From contig JAVKHO010000005.1 in NCBI GenBank assembly GCA_031459915.1, positions 64,806 through 128,805 on the forward strand: a stretch of 64,000 nucleotides of DNA. The letters run 5' to 3'. This stretch comes from Candidatus Tepidifontimicrobium thermophilum. GTDB taxonomy: Bacteria; Sysuimicrobiota; Sysuimicrobiia; Sysuimicrobiales; Sysuimicrobiaceae. Below the pieces are notes generated by a model, which did no database searches, had not been told where the DNA came from, and saw nothing but the letters and a program-made list of their open reading frames with translations. The translations under genes and the position numbers were made by a program. This document shows, one piece after another, positions 18,341 through 28,472 of this stretch. How positions within the stretch are numbered: the first letter of the stretch is position 1; every line of letters begins with the position of its first letter.

Positions 18341-19216
18341 GTGGAGGTCTGGCTGCAGAACATGACCTTCGGAGCTCTCGTGGGCGGGCTGTACGGGCTC
18401 GCGGCGGTGGGCCTCGCGCTCGTGTTCGGAGTGCTGCGGATGCTGAACGTGGCCCACGGGGAGCTGATCATGCTGGGCGGCTACGCCACCTTCTGGCTGT
18501 TCACCCTGTGGCGGACCGATCCGTACGTGTCCCTCCTGGTGGCGGGGCCTGCCCTGTTTGCGGTGGGAGTGGCCCTGTACGAGGGGCTGTTCGGCCGGTT
18601 GGTGCACCTGCACGAGGAGTCCAAGATCCAGCTGTCCATCCTCATCGGTTTCGGGCTGGCGCTGGTGCTCCACGCTTCGGCCATCCTTGCGTGGACCGCG
18701 GACGAGCGGGGGGTGACCGCGGCCTACGCAGGGAGGGTTCTGCGGGCAGGGGCCCTGGTGGTCCCCATCACCCGCCTGGGTGCCCTGGGGGTGGCCTTCG
18801 CGGTGCTGGCGGGCCTGCACCTGTACCTGCAGCGCACCGACGCGGGCCGCGCCATCCGCGCCACCGCGGAGGACTGGGAGGCGGCGTCCCTCATGGGCAT
18901 ACCGGTGCGCCGCGTCTACCGCACCGCGTTCGCGCTCGGCAGCGCCCTGGCGGGGGTGGCGGGGAGCCTGGTGGCGGTCTCCGACGCCATCAGCCCTGCC
19001 ATCGGGCTGAGCTGGACCCTGAAGGCGCTCATCGTGGTGGTGCTGGCAGGGCTGGGGAGCATCCTCGGGACTTTCGTGGCCGGAGTCCTGCTGGGCGTGG
19101 CGGAGTCCGCGGCCGCCTTCGCTTTGGGCGGAGTCTTCCGGGAAGTGGTGGGCTTGGTGCTGTTCGTGACGATCCTGACCCTCAGGCCCCAGGGCCTGTT
19201 CGGGAGGGGGCTGTGA
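18341..19216 (+). CDS. LivH-type ABC permease
   Basis: GLALVFGVLRMLNVAHGELIMLG; multiple TM segments. Confidence 0.9.
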   Translation: MEVWLQNMTFGALVGGLYGLAAVGLALVFGVLRMLNVAHGELIMLGGYATFWLFTLWRTDPYVSLLVAGPALFAVGVALYEGLFGRLVHLHEESKIQLSILIGFGLALVLHASAILAWTADERGVTAAYAGRVLRAGALVVPITRLGALGVAFAVLAGLHLYLQRTDAGRAIRATAEDWEAASLMGIPVRRVYRTAFALGSALAGVAGSLVAVSDAISPAIGLSWTLKALIVVVLAGLGSILGTFVAGVLLGVAESAAAFALGGVFREVVGLVLFVTILTLRPQGLFGRGL

Positions 19217-20130
19217 GGCCCGCCCTGCTGGTGGCGCTCGCGGTGCTGGCTTGCGCCCTTCCGTGGGTGGCGGGCGAGGCGGTGGTGAACTGGGGCCTGC
19301 TGGTCCTCCTGCAGGTGGTGGTGGCGCAGTCCTGGAACCTGCTGGCGGGCTACGGGGGCCAGGTGAACCTGGGCCACGCGGCCTTCTTCGGTATCGGTGC
19401 TCTGGTCACCCGCAGCCTGTGGATGGGCGGAGTCCCGGTGGCGGCGGCGCTGGCAGCTGGCGCCGTTGCGGCCGCGGTGGCGGGCTTGGGGATCGGGCTA
19501 CCGTCCCTGCGCCTGCGGGGCCCGTACTTCGCCATCGGGACCCTGGCCATGTCGGAGATCCTGCGGATCGTGGTGGCTACCACCCTGCCGGAGGTGTCGG
19601 CTCTGCCCGCGGATCTCATCGCGGGCTACCGCCTGCTGCCCCGGTACTATCTGGTGCTGGCGCTGGCGGCCGTGAGCACGGGCACGGTGTGGCTCGTGGC
19701 AAGGTCCCGGTTCGGCATGGGGCTGGTGGCGATCCGGGAGGACGAGTGGGTGGCGGAGACGGTGGGGGTGGACAGCTACCGGCACAAACTGGCCGCACTC
19801 CTCGTGAGCGCGGCGCTCGCGGGAGGTGCGGGAGGGGCCTTCGGCTACTACCACCTGAGCTTCTACCCGCAGTTCGCCTTCAGCCCGGTGTGGACCTTCG
19901 ACGCGGTCCTGATGGTGTTTTTGGGCGGCATCGGGACCGTGTGGGGACCCCCGATAGGCGCCGCGTTCTTCGTGCTCCTGCGGGAGGCGCTGGCTTTGCG
20001 GCTGACGGAACTGCACGTGCTGGTGTTTGGCGCGGTCTTCGTGGTGGTGGTCCTGGCGCTCCCGGGAGGGCTCGTGGACCTGCTCGGGGTGCTGCGGCGG
20101 GTGCGTGGATCCCGTCCGCAGCCGGCGTAG
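19213..20130 (+). CDS. LivM-type ABC permease
   Basis: SWNLLAGYGGQVNLGHAAFFGIG and LRLRGPYFAIGTL. Confidence 0.9.
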   Translation: MRPALLVALAVLACALPWVAGEAVVNWGLLVLLQVVVAQSWNLLAGYGGQVNLGHAAFFGIGALVTRSLWMGGVPVAAALAAGAVAAAVAGLGIGLPSLRLRGPYFAIGTLAMSEILRIVVATTLPEVSALPADLIAGYRLLPRYYLVLALAAVSTGTVWLVARSRFGMGLVAIREDEWVAETVGVDSYRHKLAALLVSAALAGGAGGAFGYYHLSFYPQFAFSPVWTFDAVLMVFLGGIGTVWGPPIGAAFFVLLREALALRLTELHVLVFGAVFVVVVLALPGGLVDLLGVLRRVRGSRPQPA

Positions 20131-20156
20131 GGAGATCCTTGCGAAGGAGGTGAACG

Positions 20157-20585
20157 ATGGCGGAAGGGTTGCCCGAGCGAGGGATGTCGGAGGAGGAGCT
20201 CGAGCGGCTGCGGTCCGTCTACGTGGACCTGGTGGGGTTCGTCCCACCGAGGATCCAGGCCCGGACAGAGCTGCTGAGCCGTCTGGACCCGGAGGGCCTG
20301 CGCATTCAGGAGGAAATGCGCAGGCACTTCATGTACCCGAAGTGCTTTGACACCAAGACCGCCCAGCTGATGCTGTTCGGGATGCTGCTGATGAACCTGC
20401 AGGATGCCGCGAAGCTGCACGCCATCGCCGCGCGCCGCGCGGGGGCCACGTGGGAGGAACTGAGCGCGGTGGTGGGGCTGGCGTTTTTGTTCCGGGGGCT
20501 TTCGGCCGCCAACTACGGCTTCCAGATTCTCCAGGAGATGGCGCAGGCCGAGACGGCGCCAGCGCAGACGACGCAGAGGAGGTGA
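20157..20585 (+). CDS. Carboxymuconolactone decarboxylase/AhpD-like family protein
   Basis: FDTKTAQLMLFG...AKLHAIAARRAGATWEEL pattern; no CxxC. Confidence 0.7.
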   Translation: MAEGLPERGMSEEELERLRSVYVDLVGFVPPRIQARTELLSRLDPEGLRIQEEMRRHFMYPKCFDTKTAQLMLFGMLLMNLQDAAKLHAIAARRAGATWEELSAVVGLAFLFRGLSAANYGFQILQEMAQAETAPAQTTQRR

Positions 20586-20591
20586 GGAAGG

Positions 20592-21572
20592 ATGGGAGAG
20601 CCGCTGGTGGTACAGCTGGCCCACGTGGAGATCACGAGCCCCAAGCCCGATCAGACCCTGTGGTTCTTCCACGATCTTCTGGGGCTGGAGGAGACGACCC
20701 GACAGGGGCAGTCGGTGTACCTGCGGGCGTACGAGGACTGGTACCACCACACCCTGAAGATCACGGAGGGGCCGCAGTCCGGGCTCGGGCACATCGCGTG
20801 GAGGGCGGCGTCCGAACAGGCCCTGGAGGCGCTGGCGGAGCGGCTCGAGCGGGCGGGCCTGGGACGGGGGTGGACCGACGGGGACCTGGGCCACGGGCGG
20901 GCGTACCGCTTCGTGACCCCTGAGGGCCACCCCATGGAGGTCCTGTGGGAGGTGGAGTACTACCAACCTCCGGAAGCCCTGCGCACCGCCCTGCGGAACC
21001 GTCCGCAGAAGCGGCCCCTGCGCGGGGTCCCCGTCCGCCGGATCGACCACGTGAACATCATGGTCCAGACGGTGGGCCCCGTCCGGGACTTCCTGGTAGA
21101 CCTTCTGGGGTTCCGCGTGCGGGAACAGAAGATCGGCAAGGATGGCGAGGAAGTGGGGGCCTGGCTGAGCGTGAGCCCCCTGGTGCACGAGATCGCGGTG
21201 ATGCGGGACGCCACGGGCAGCCGCGGCCGCTTCCACCACGTGGCGTACTGGTACGGGTACCCCCAGCACCTCCTGGACGCCGCGGACGTGATGGCGGACT
21301 ACGGGGTCCGGATCGAGGCGGGCCCGGGCAAACACGGTACCACGCAGGCGTACTTCATGTACGTGTTCGAGCCCGGCGGGGTCCGGGTGGAGCTGTTCGG
21401 GGACACCGGCTACCTCATCTTCGACCCCACGTGGAAGACGGTGGTGTGGGACGTGTCCAACGAGAGCGACCTGGAGCGCAGCAGCATCTGGTTCGGAGGC
21501 CGCCTGCCGGAGACCTTCTACACCTACGGGGTCCCGTCCGTGGGCTGGGAAGCCGTGGGGGTGCGGCGGTAG
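20592..21572 (+). CDS. Extradiol dioxygenase, VOC/type I (catechol 2,3-dioxygenase family)
   Basis: [29 protein letters not shown] and [24 protein letters not shown]. Confidence 0.9.
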   Translation: MGEPLVVQLAHVEITSPKPDQTLWFFHDLLGLEETTRQGQSVYLRAYEDWYHHTLKITEGPQSGLGHIAWRAASEQALEALAERLERAGLGRGWTDGDLGHGRAYRFVTPEGHPMEVLWEVEYYQPPEALRTALRNRPQKRPLRGVPVRRIDHVNIMVQTVGPVRDFLVDLLGFRVREQKIGKDGEEVGAWLSVSPLVHEIAVMRDATGSRGRFHHVAYWYGYPQHLLDAADVMADYGVRIEAGPGKHGTTQAYFMYVFEPGGVRVELFGDTGYLIFDPTWKTVVWDVSNESDLERSSIWFGGRLPETFYTYGVPSVGWEAVGVRR

Positions 21573-21576
21573 GGAG

Positions 21577-22782
21577 GTGAGGGAGCTGCCCACCACCCAG
21601 GTGGCCATCGTGGGGGCGGGGCCCGCGGGCCTGCTGCTGAGCCACCTCCTGCACCAGGCGGGCATCCGCAGTGTGGTGCTGGAGTCCCGCAGCCGGGCGT
21701 ACGTGGAGCAGCGGGTTCGGGCGGGAGTCCTGGAGGACGGCACCCGCCAGATCCTCGTGCGGGCCGGGGTTGGCGAGCGCATGGAGCGGCAGGGCCTCGT
21801 CCACGAGGGCGTCAACTTCGCCTTCGAGGGTTCCCTCTTACACTTCGACTTTCCGACCCTCACCGGAGGGCACACTATCATCGTGTACGGGCAGCAGGAG
21901 GTGGTGAAGGACCTCATCCGTGCCCGGCTGGAAGCGGGCGGCGACGTGCGGTTCGAGGCCGAGGTGGTGCGGCTGGAGGACCTGGGAACGCGGCCCCGGG
22001 TGTTCTACCGCAACCCGGACGGGTCCGAGGACTGTCTGGAAGCGGACTTCGTGGCGGGCTGCGACGGCTCGCACGGCATCTGTCGGTCCACCATCCCGGA
22101 CTCCGCGCGCCGGGTGCACCAGCGGGCCTATCCCTTTGCGTGGCTGGGGATCCTGGCCGAAGCTCCCCCCGCCTCCCACGAGCTCATCTACGTGAACCAC
22201 CCACGGGGGTTCGCGCTGTTCAGCATGCGTTCCCCACGGCTGTCGCGCAACTACGTGCAGGTCCGGGCCGACGAGCCGCTGGAGGACTGGCCGGACGGTC
22301 GCATCTGGGAGGAGCTGCAGCGGCGCCTGGACCGGGCTGCCCGGCTGACCCCCGGTCCCGTGCTGGAGAAGAGCCTCGCTCCGCTACGCAGCCTCGTGGT
22401 GGAGCCCATGCAGCACGGCCGGCTGTTCCTCGCCGGGGATGCCGCCCACGTGGTCCCTCCCACGGGAGCGAAGGGGCTGAATCTGGCCGTGTGTGACGTG
22501 GTGGTGCTGGGCCGTGCCCTCGTGGACTACTACCGGCACGGGGAGGAAGCCGGCCTGCGCAGCTACACGGAACGCTGCCTGGAGCACGTGTGGCAGGCCC
22601 AGCACTTCTCGTGGTGGATGACGCAGCTGCTCCACCGCCTCGACGACCCGTTCGAGGAGGGGATGCAGCAGGCGCAGCTGCGGGCCCTGCGGCGCAGCGA
22701 GGCCGCGCGCCGGTACCTGGCGGAGAACTACACGGGGGTGCACACGAGCCTGCGGTACGTAGACTGGCTCCCGCTGTCCTGA
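21577..22782 (+). CDS. pobA: 4-hydroxybenzoate 3-monooxygenase
   Basis: TQVAIVGAGPAG, RVRAGVLE, VYGQQEVVKDL, ELIYVNH, VPPTGAKGLNLA, FSWWMT and AENY. Confidence 0.92.
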   Translation: MRELPTTQVAIVGAGPAGLLLSHLLHQAGIRSVVLESRSRAYVEQRVRAGVLEDGTRQILVRAGVGERMERQGLVHEGVNFAFEGSLLHFDFPTLTGGHTIIVYGQQEVVKDLIRARLEAGGDVRFEAEVVRLEDLGTRPRVFYRNPDGSEDCLEADFVAGCDGSHGICRSTIPDSARRVHQRAYPFAWLGILAEAPPASHELIYVNHPRGFALFSMRSPRLSRNYVQVRADEPLEDWPDGRIWEELQRRLDRAARLTPGPVLEKSLAPLRSLVVEPMQHGRLFLAGDAAHVVPPTGAKGLNLAVCDVVVLGRALVDYYRHGEEAGLRSYTERCLEHVWQAQHFSWWMTQLLHRLDDPFEEGMQQAQLRALRRSEAARRYLAENYTGVHTSLRYVDWLPLS

Positions 22783-22834
22783 CAGCACCTGTCGCCAGCG
22801 ACCGGAGGCGCCGTCCGGGGTTGGAAGTTGCCGC

Positions 22835-24001
22835 TCAGGCTTCCCGTTCCACCGCTACCGCCACCGCCTCCCCGCCGCCCAGGCAGATGGCGGCCACGCC
22901 CCGCCGGGCGTCGCGCTGCTGCATGGCGTGCAGCAGGGTGGTGAGGATTCGCGCGCCCGACGCACCGATGGGGTGCCCCAGGGCCACCGCTCCCCCGTGG
23001 ACGTTCACGGGATCCAGGGAGAGTCCCAGCTTCCGGCACACGCCCAGCACCACGGCGGCGAAGGCCTCGTTCACTTCGTACAGGTCCACGTCCTCCTTGC
23101 GCCAGCCCACGCGCTCCAGCAGCCGCTCGATGGCCGCCGCGGGCGCGATGGTGAACCACTCGGGTGCCGTGGCGGCCTGCGCGTAGCCCACCACCCGGGC
23201 GAGGGGCCGGACGCCCACGCGGTCTGCCACCGACCGCTCCGCCACCACCAGGGCCGCGGCACCGTCGCTGATGCTGCTGGCGTTGGCTGCGGTGACGGTG
23301 CCGGTGGGCTCGAAGGCCGGCTTGAGGGTGGGGATGCGGTCGAACTGCACCCGCCGGGGTTCCTCGTCCTCCTCGACCCGCTTCCCGTCCGACTCCACGG
23401 GGACCGTCTCGGGCCTGAACCAGCCCGCGTCCAGGGCCCGCAGGGCCAGGCGGTAGGACCGCTCCGCGTACGCGTCCTGTTCCTCGCGGCTGATCCGGTA
23501 CTCTGCGGCCAGCAGCTCCGCACACGACCCCATGTGGCAGTCTCGGTAGGGGTCCCACAGCCCGTCCAGGATCATGGAGTCCTGGACCTCGCCGTGCCCG
23601 AGCCGGTAGCCGGTCCGGGCCCGGGGCAGCAGGTACGGCGCCCGGCTCATGTTCTCCATTCCCCCTGCCACGTACACCCGCCCGTCGCCCACGCGGACCG
23701 CCTGAGCTGCCAGCACCACCGCCTTGAGCCCCGACCCACACATCTTGTTCACGGTGACCGCGCCCACGGAGTCCGGAAGCCCCGCATACCGCGCCGCCTG
23801 CCGCGCCGGTGCCTGGCCGAGCCCTGCGGACAGGATGTTGCCGAGGATCACCTCGTCCACCTCCTCCGGGCGCACCCCGGCCCGCCGGACCGCCTCCCGT
23901 ACCACCACTGCACCCAGGCGGGGCGCGGGGACGTCTGCGAGCCCTCCCAGGAACCTGCCGATGGGGGTGCGCACCGCGCTCAGGATCACTGCCTCCGCCA
24001 T
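22835..24001 (-). CDS. Acetyl-CoA C-acetyltransferase (thiolase)
   Basis: NKMCGSG, NEAFA, GHPIGASG and ICLGGG. Confidence 0.93.
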   Translation of the reverse strand: MAEAVILSAVRTPIGRFLGGLADVPAPRLGAVVVREAVRRAGVRPEEVDEVILGNILSAGLGQAPARQAARYAGLPDSVGAVTVNKMCGSGLKAVVLAAQAVRVGDGRVYVAGGMENMSRAPYLLPRARTGYRLGHGEVQDSMILDGLWDPYRDCHMGSCAELLAAEYRISREEQDAYAERSYRLALRALDAGWFRPETVPVESDGKRVEEDEEPRRVQFDRIPTLKPAFEPTGTVTAANASSISDGAAALVVAERSVADRVGVRPLARVVGYAQAATAPEWFTIAPAAAIERLLERVGWRKEDVDLYEVNEAFAAVVLGVCRKLGLSLDPVNVHGGAVALGHPIGASGARILTTLLHAMQQRDARRGVAAICLGGGEAVAVAVEREA

Positions 24002-24123
24002 CCTCCACCTCCTCCGCAGGGCGTCCCGCCGCTCCCATTCTACGCCCGGTTGCGGGCCGCGCGGTTTCCCAACCCCCGCGGACCTCTGCTATCCTGGCGG
24101 CGATCGCAGGGAGGAGGCTGGCG

Positions 24124-25479
24124 TTGCGCGACGAGTTCCCGCGGACCCGCGAAGGGCACCTGTGCGTGGGCGGCTGCGACGCCCTGGAACTGGCCCGGAC
24201 GTTCGGCACGCCGCTGCACGTCCTGGACGGCGGCCGGCTGCGGGCGAGCCTCCGGGCGTACCGGGAGGCCTTCGCCCGGCACGCACCCGGGGGCCAGCCT
24301 GTGTTCGCGTCCAAGGCCCTGTGCGTGCTGGCCACCTGCCAGCTGGCGCACCGGGAGGGGTTCTGGGTGGACGTGGCTTCCGGCGGGGAGCTGTACACCG
24401 CCCTCCGGGCAGGGGTGCCCCCGGCCCACGTGGTGTTCCACGGCAACTACAAGACAGAGGACGAACTGCGGTACGCCCTGGAGGCGGGCGTGGGCAGGGT
24501 GGCGGTCGACAACTTCTTCGAGCTGGACCTGCTGGATCGGCTGGCGCGGCAGAGCGGGCGGGTGGTGGACGTGTGGCTGCGCGTCACACCGGGGATCGAG
24601 CCCCACACCCACCGAGCCATCCAGACCGGCGGGGTGGACACCAAGTTCGGGTTCGCGATCCCCGGAGGGGCAGCGCTACGGGCGACCCGGGAGGCTCTGG
24701 AGAGGCCGGGCCTGCGGCTGCGGGGGTTCCACAGCCACATCGGCTCCCAGATTCTGGAGTTGGATCCCTTCCGGCTCAACGCGGAGCTGGTGGTGGCCTT
24801 CGCCGCGCAGGTGCGATCCCAACTGGGCTACGTGGCCGAGGAGGTGAACCTCGGGGGAGGGCTCGGCATCCGCTACCTGTCGTCGGACCGGCCGCCTTCG
24901 ATCGAGGCGTACGTGGCTGCGGTGGCGGAAGCCCTGCGGAGTGCCTGCCGCGCGGCGGACTACCCTGCGCCCCGGCTGTTCCTGGAGCCGGGCCGCTCCG
25001 TGGTGGGTCCTGCGGGGGTGACCCTGTACACCGTGGGGCCGGTGAAGGAGATCGACGGCGTGCGCACGTACGTGGCGGTGGACGGCGGCATGTACGAGAA
25101 CCCGCGTCCCGCGCTCTACGGCGCCCGCTACGAGGCGGTGGTGGCGGAGCGGCCCGACGACCCGGCCGAGCGGGTGGTGGCGCTCGCGGGGCGGTGCTGC
25201 GAGTCTGGAGACGTCCTCGTGTGGGAGGCGCACCTCCCCGCGGTGCGGCCGGGGGATGTGGTGGCGGTGTTCTCCACGGGGGCGTACACGTACTCCATGG
25301 CCAGCAACTACAACCGGTTCCCGCGTCCCGCGCTGGTCCTGGCGGAGGGAGGACAGGCCGCGCTGGTGGTACGGAGGGAAGGCTACGAGGACCTGGTCCG
25401 GCTGGACGTGCCGCTGTCCGCGGAAGTCTATCAGGCCGTGGCACGCGGGCCCGCGGCTGGCGGGTGCGAGGGAGTCTGA
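24124..25479 (+). CDS. lysA: Diaminopimelate decarboxylase
   Basis: FASKA, HSHIGSQI, NLGGG, EPGRS, GRCCESGD and GAYTYSMASNYN; TTG start 6 nt after GGAGGAGG. Confidence 0.93.
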   Translation: MRDEFPRTREGHLCVGGCDALELARTFGTPLHVLDGGRLRASLRAYREAFARHAPGGQPVFASKALCVLATCQLAHREGFWVDVASGGELYTALRAGVPPAHVVFHGNYKTEDELRYALEAGVGRVAVDNFFELDLLDRLARQSGRVVDVWLRVTPGIEPHTHRAIQTGGVDTKFGFAIPGGAALRATREALERPGLRLRGFHSHIGSQILELDPFRLNAELVVAFAAQVRSQLGYVAEEVNLGGGLGIRYLSSDRPPSIEAYVAAVAEALRSACRAADYPAPRLFLEPGRSVVGPAGVTLYTVGPVKEIDGVRTYVAVDGGMYENPRPALYGARYEAVVAERPDDPAERVVALAGRCCESGDVLVWEAHLPAVRPGDVVAVFSTGAYTYSMASNYNRFPRPALVLAEGGQAALVVRREGYEDLVRLDVPLSAEVYQAVARGPAAGGCEGV

Positions 25480-25480
25480 A

Positions 25481-26083
25481 GTGCTGGGCCTGGATCCGGC
25501 GCAGCTGTTGTTCACCGCGGCGGCCCTGCTGGTGGCGGCCACGGTACACGAGTACGCCCACGCCTACGCCGCGGTGCAGCTGGGCGACCCCACGCCGCGG
25601 TGGCTGGGCCGGCTGACCCTGAACCCCCTGGCCCACCTGGACCCGCTGGGGACCGTGTTGCTTCTGCTGGTGGGGTTCGGGTGGGCGAAGCCGGTGCCCG
25701 TCAACGCGGCGCACTTCCAGGACCCTCGGCGGGGGATCCTCCTGGTGGCGGTGGCAGGCCCGCTGGCCAACGTGTGTTTTGTGGCGGTCCTGGGCGCCCT
25801 GTACCGGCTCGGTCTGGTTCCCGAGGGCGGCTGGCTCGCATCCCTGTGGTTCCGCATGCTCTACGTCAACGCGGTCCTGGCGGTGTTCAACCTCCTGCCC
25901 ATCCCGCCCCTGGACGGCTCGCGGATTCTCGGAGCGCTGCTGCGCGGTGAGGCGGAGAACGCCTACACGCGGCTGCAGCCGTACGGCGGCCTCCTGCTGC
26001 TGGTGTTGCTCGCCACCGGCTGGCTCGGGCCCCTGCTGCGGGGACCCGTGGTGTGGCTGGTCCGGTGGGCGGTGGGCGCGTGA
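25481..26083 (+). CDS. Site-2 protease (M50) family protein
   Basis: HEYAH, RLTLNPLAHLDP and FNLLPIPPLDG. Confidence 0.92.
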   Translation: MLGLDPAQLLFTAAALLVAATVHEYAHAYAAVQLGDPTPRWLGRLTLNPLAHLDPLGTVLLLLVGFGWAKPVPVNAAHFQDPRRGILLVAVAGPLANVCFVAVLGALYRLGLVPEGGWLASLWFRMLYVNAVLAVFNLLPIPPLDGSRILGALLRGEAENAYTRLQPYGGLLLLVLLATGWLGPLLRGPVVWLVRWAVGA

Positions 26084-26092
26084 AGGGACTGG

Positions 26093-26821
26093 ATGTCGGA
26101 CGGCCGTAGCCCCATCGTCCGGGTCGCCGGGTTCGAAGGGCCGGTGCAGGAACTGGTGCGCCGGGCGCACGCCGGCGAGGTGGACCTACGGGAGGTAGAC
26201 CTGAGCTCCATGGTCCGCTCCTATCTGGACGCCCTCGGACCGGAGGTGGACCTGGAAGAGGCCACGGAGTTCCTGTGGGCGGCTGCGGTGCTGGTGGAGC
26301 TGAAGAGCAAGCTGCTGCTGCCGCCCAAGCCGTCGCCGCCCGAAGCCGTGGGGGAGGAGGAAGCCGCAGACCTGGAGGAGCGCCTGAGGCAACGGGTGGA
26401 AGAGTACCGGGTGTTCCGGGAAGCCGCGGAGGCCCTGGCCGCCCTGGAAGCGGTCCAGCGCCGCGTGTTCACGCGGCCCCCGGACGAGGCGTCTGCGGGC
26501 GAGCTCCCGCTGGTGGGGCTGACCGCGGAGGACCTGTTCGCGGCCTTCCGGCGGGTGCTGGAGCGGTCGGAGCAGCGGGTGGAGGAGGTGCCACCGGAAG
26601 GGGTCACGGTGGCGGACCGCATGCAGGCCATCCTGGCCACCCTGGCCTCCTCGCCGCAGGGGGTGCTCTTCGAAGACCTCTTCGAGCCCGCAAGCCCTCG
26701 CATCGTGATCATCGTGACCTTCCTGGCCCTGCTGGAGCTGGTGCGTCGGCGGCGCGTGCGCGTGGCCCAGACGGAGCCCTTCGGACCCATCCGGCTGTAC
26801 GCGGGGGGACGGGACGGGTGA
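26093..26821 (+). CDS. scpA: Segregation and condensation protein A
   Basis: FEGP, EFLWAAAVLVELKSKLLLP and IVTFLALLEL. Confidence 0.9.
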   Translation: MSDGRSPIVRVAGFEGPVQELVRRAHAGEVDLREVDLSSMVRSYLDALGPEVDLEEATEFLWAAAVLVELKSKLLLPPKPSPPEAVGEEEAADLEERLRQRVEEYRVFREAAEALAALEAVQRRVFTRPPDEASAGELPLVGLTAEDLFAAFRRVLERSEQRVEEVPPEGVTVADRMQAILATLASSPQGVLFEDLFEPASPRIVIIVTFLALLELVRRRRVRVAQTEPFGPIRLYAGGRDG

Positions 26822-27384
26822 CGGAGGCGGACCGCCGTCACGTGCTGTGCTGTGCCCTGGAGTGCCTGCTGTTCGCCGGCGGCGGACCGGTGCCCCTGCG
26901 AAAGCTGGCAGCGGCACTCCAGTGCTCGGAGGAGGAGACGGAGTCCCTGCTGGCGCAGTTGCAGCTGGACTACCGGTCCCGGGGCCTGATGGTCCAGCAG
27001 GTGGCCGGCGGCTACCAGCTTTGCACGCGGCCCGAGTACGCGGAATACGTGACCCGGCTGGTGGCCGCACAGCCGGAACCCCTGTCGCGGGCCGCACTGG
27101 AGACGCTGGCGGTGGTGGCGTACCGCCAGCCGGTTACCCGTGCGGAGGTGGAAGCGGTACGCGGGGCGCGCAGCGACCACCACCTCCGGCGCCTGCTGGA
27201 GCGTAACTTGATCCGGGAGGTGGGCCGCAAGCCGGGTCCCGGAGCTCCGATCCTGTACGGGACCACGGAGGTGTTCCTCCGGCACTTCGGGCTGCGGGAC
27301 CTCTCGGACCTGCCGCCCCTGGAGGGCCGTCGGGTGCAGGACATGTTGGGCACTCGAGCTGCGGGGGAGTCCGAAGAGCGGTGA
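26818..27384 (+). CDS. scpB: Segregation and condensation protein B
   Basis: LSRAALETLAVVAYRQPVTRAEVEAVRG and LYGTTEVFLRHFGL. Confidence 0.93.
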   Translation: MTEADRRHVLCCALECLLFAGGGPVPLRKLAAALQCSEEETESLLAQLQLDYRSRGLMVQQVAGGYQLCTRPEYAEYVTRLVAAQPEPLSRAALETLAVVAYRQPVTRAEVEAVRGARSDHHLRRLLERNLIREVGRKPGPGAPILYGTTEVFLRHFGLRDLSDLPPLEGRRVQDMLGTRAAGESEER

Positions 27385-28472
27385 AGGCAGCAGTCCTGGC
27401 CGCGTTGCTGGCCGCCGCCCCGCTCCGGCCGGGGCAGTTGGGTGTGCAGGCCACGGCCTTTTTGCTGATGGAGGCCCGGACCGGCCAGGTGCTGACGCAG
27501 CACAACGCGCGCGTGGTCTGGCCGCCCGCCAGCACCACCAAGATCCTCACCGCGCTGCTGGTGGCGGAGTCCCTCGACCCGGACGCGGTGGTGACGGTGA
27601 GCCGGCGGGCGGCCTCGCAGCGGCAGGGCGCCGGGGTGGGCCTACGGGCCGGCGAACGTCGGAGCGTGCGGGACCTGTTCTACGCCATGCTGCTGGCTTC
27701 CGCCAACGACGCCGCGGTGGCCCTGGCGGAAGCCGCGGCGGGCAGCGTGGAGGACTTCGTGCAGCGCATGAACCGGCGGGCCAGGGAACTGGGAGCCCGC
27801 CACACCCACTTCGTCAACCCCCACGGCCTGTACCACCCCCTGCACCGGTCCACTGCGTACGACCTCGCGGTGCTGGCCCGCGCCGCCCTGCACAACCCCC
27901 GCGTGGCGGAAGCGGTGGCGGCCCCGGAGTACCTGTACCCGGGCGAGGCGGGGCCCCGGCGGCTGGTCAACCGCAACCGGTTGCTGTTCACCTACCCGGG
28001 CGCCAGCGGCGTGAAGACGGGCTGGATCGCGGAGTCGGGCCCCTGCCTGGTCGCCTCCGCACGGCGCGGGGACCGCACGCTGATCGCCGTGGTGCTCAAC
28101 TCACCCCGGGTCTTCGAGGAAGCGTCGCGACTGCTGGACTTCGGGTTCGACACTTACGAGGTGCGGGTGCTGGCCAGGCCGCAGCAACCCGTGGCGGAAA
28201 CCGAGCTGCCCGGCGGCGGGACGCTGCAGGCCACCGTGGCCGTGGAGCTGGTGTGGTCGGTGCCACGCGGGTCACGGGTGCAGCTGCAGCCTCGGTGGGA
28301 AGTCGGCCTGCAGCCGCCCGTGCGGGCCGGTCAGCCCGTAGGCCAGCTGGACGTCGTGGTGGACGGGCAGGTTCAGGTTCAGGTGCCCCTGGTGGCGGTC
28401 AAGCCGGTGGAGGCGCGCCCTTCCACGGGCGGCTTGTGGCGTTGGCTGTGGGAGCTCGTACGGCGCAGGTGA
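27381..28472 (+). CDS. D-alanyl-D-alanine carboxypeptidase (peptidase S11)
   Basis: PASTTK (SxxK), SANDA, FVNPHGL and KTG. Confidence 0.92.
   Translation: MKAAVLAALLAAAPLRPGQLGVQATAFLLMEARTGQVLTQHNARVVWPPASTTKILTALLVAESLDPDAVVTVSRRAASQRQGAGVGLRAGERRSVRDLFYAMLLASANDAAVALAEAAAGSVEDFVQRMNRRARELGARHTHFVNPHGLYHPLHRSTAYDLAVLARAALHNPRVAEAVAAPEYLYPGEAGPRRLVNRNRLLFTYPGASGVKTGWIAESGPCLVASARRGDRTLIAVVLNSPRVFEEASRLLDFGFDTYEVRVLARPQQPVAETELPGGGTLQATVAVELVWSVPRGSRVQLQPRWEVGLQPPVRAGQPVGQLDVVVDGQVQVQVPLVAVKPVEARPSTGGLWRWLWELVRRR

Noticed and set aside
21577..22782. PobA variant able to make gallate
   Set aside because: Residues equivalent to Tyr201 (ELIYVNH), Thr294 (PPTG) and Tyr385 (AENY) look wild-type by eye.
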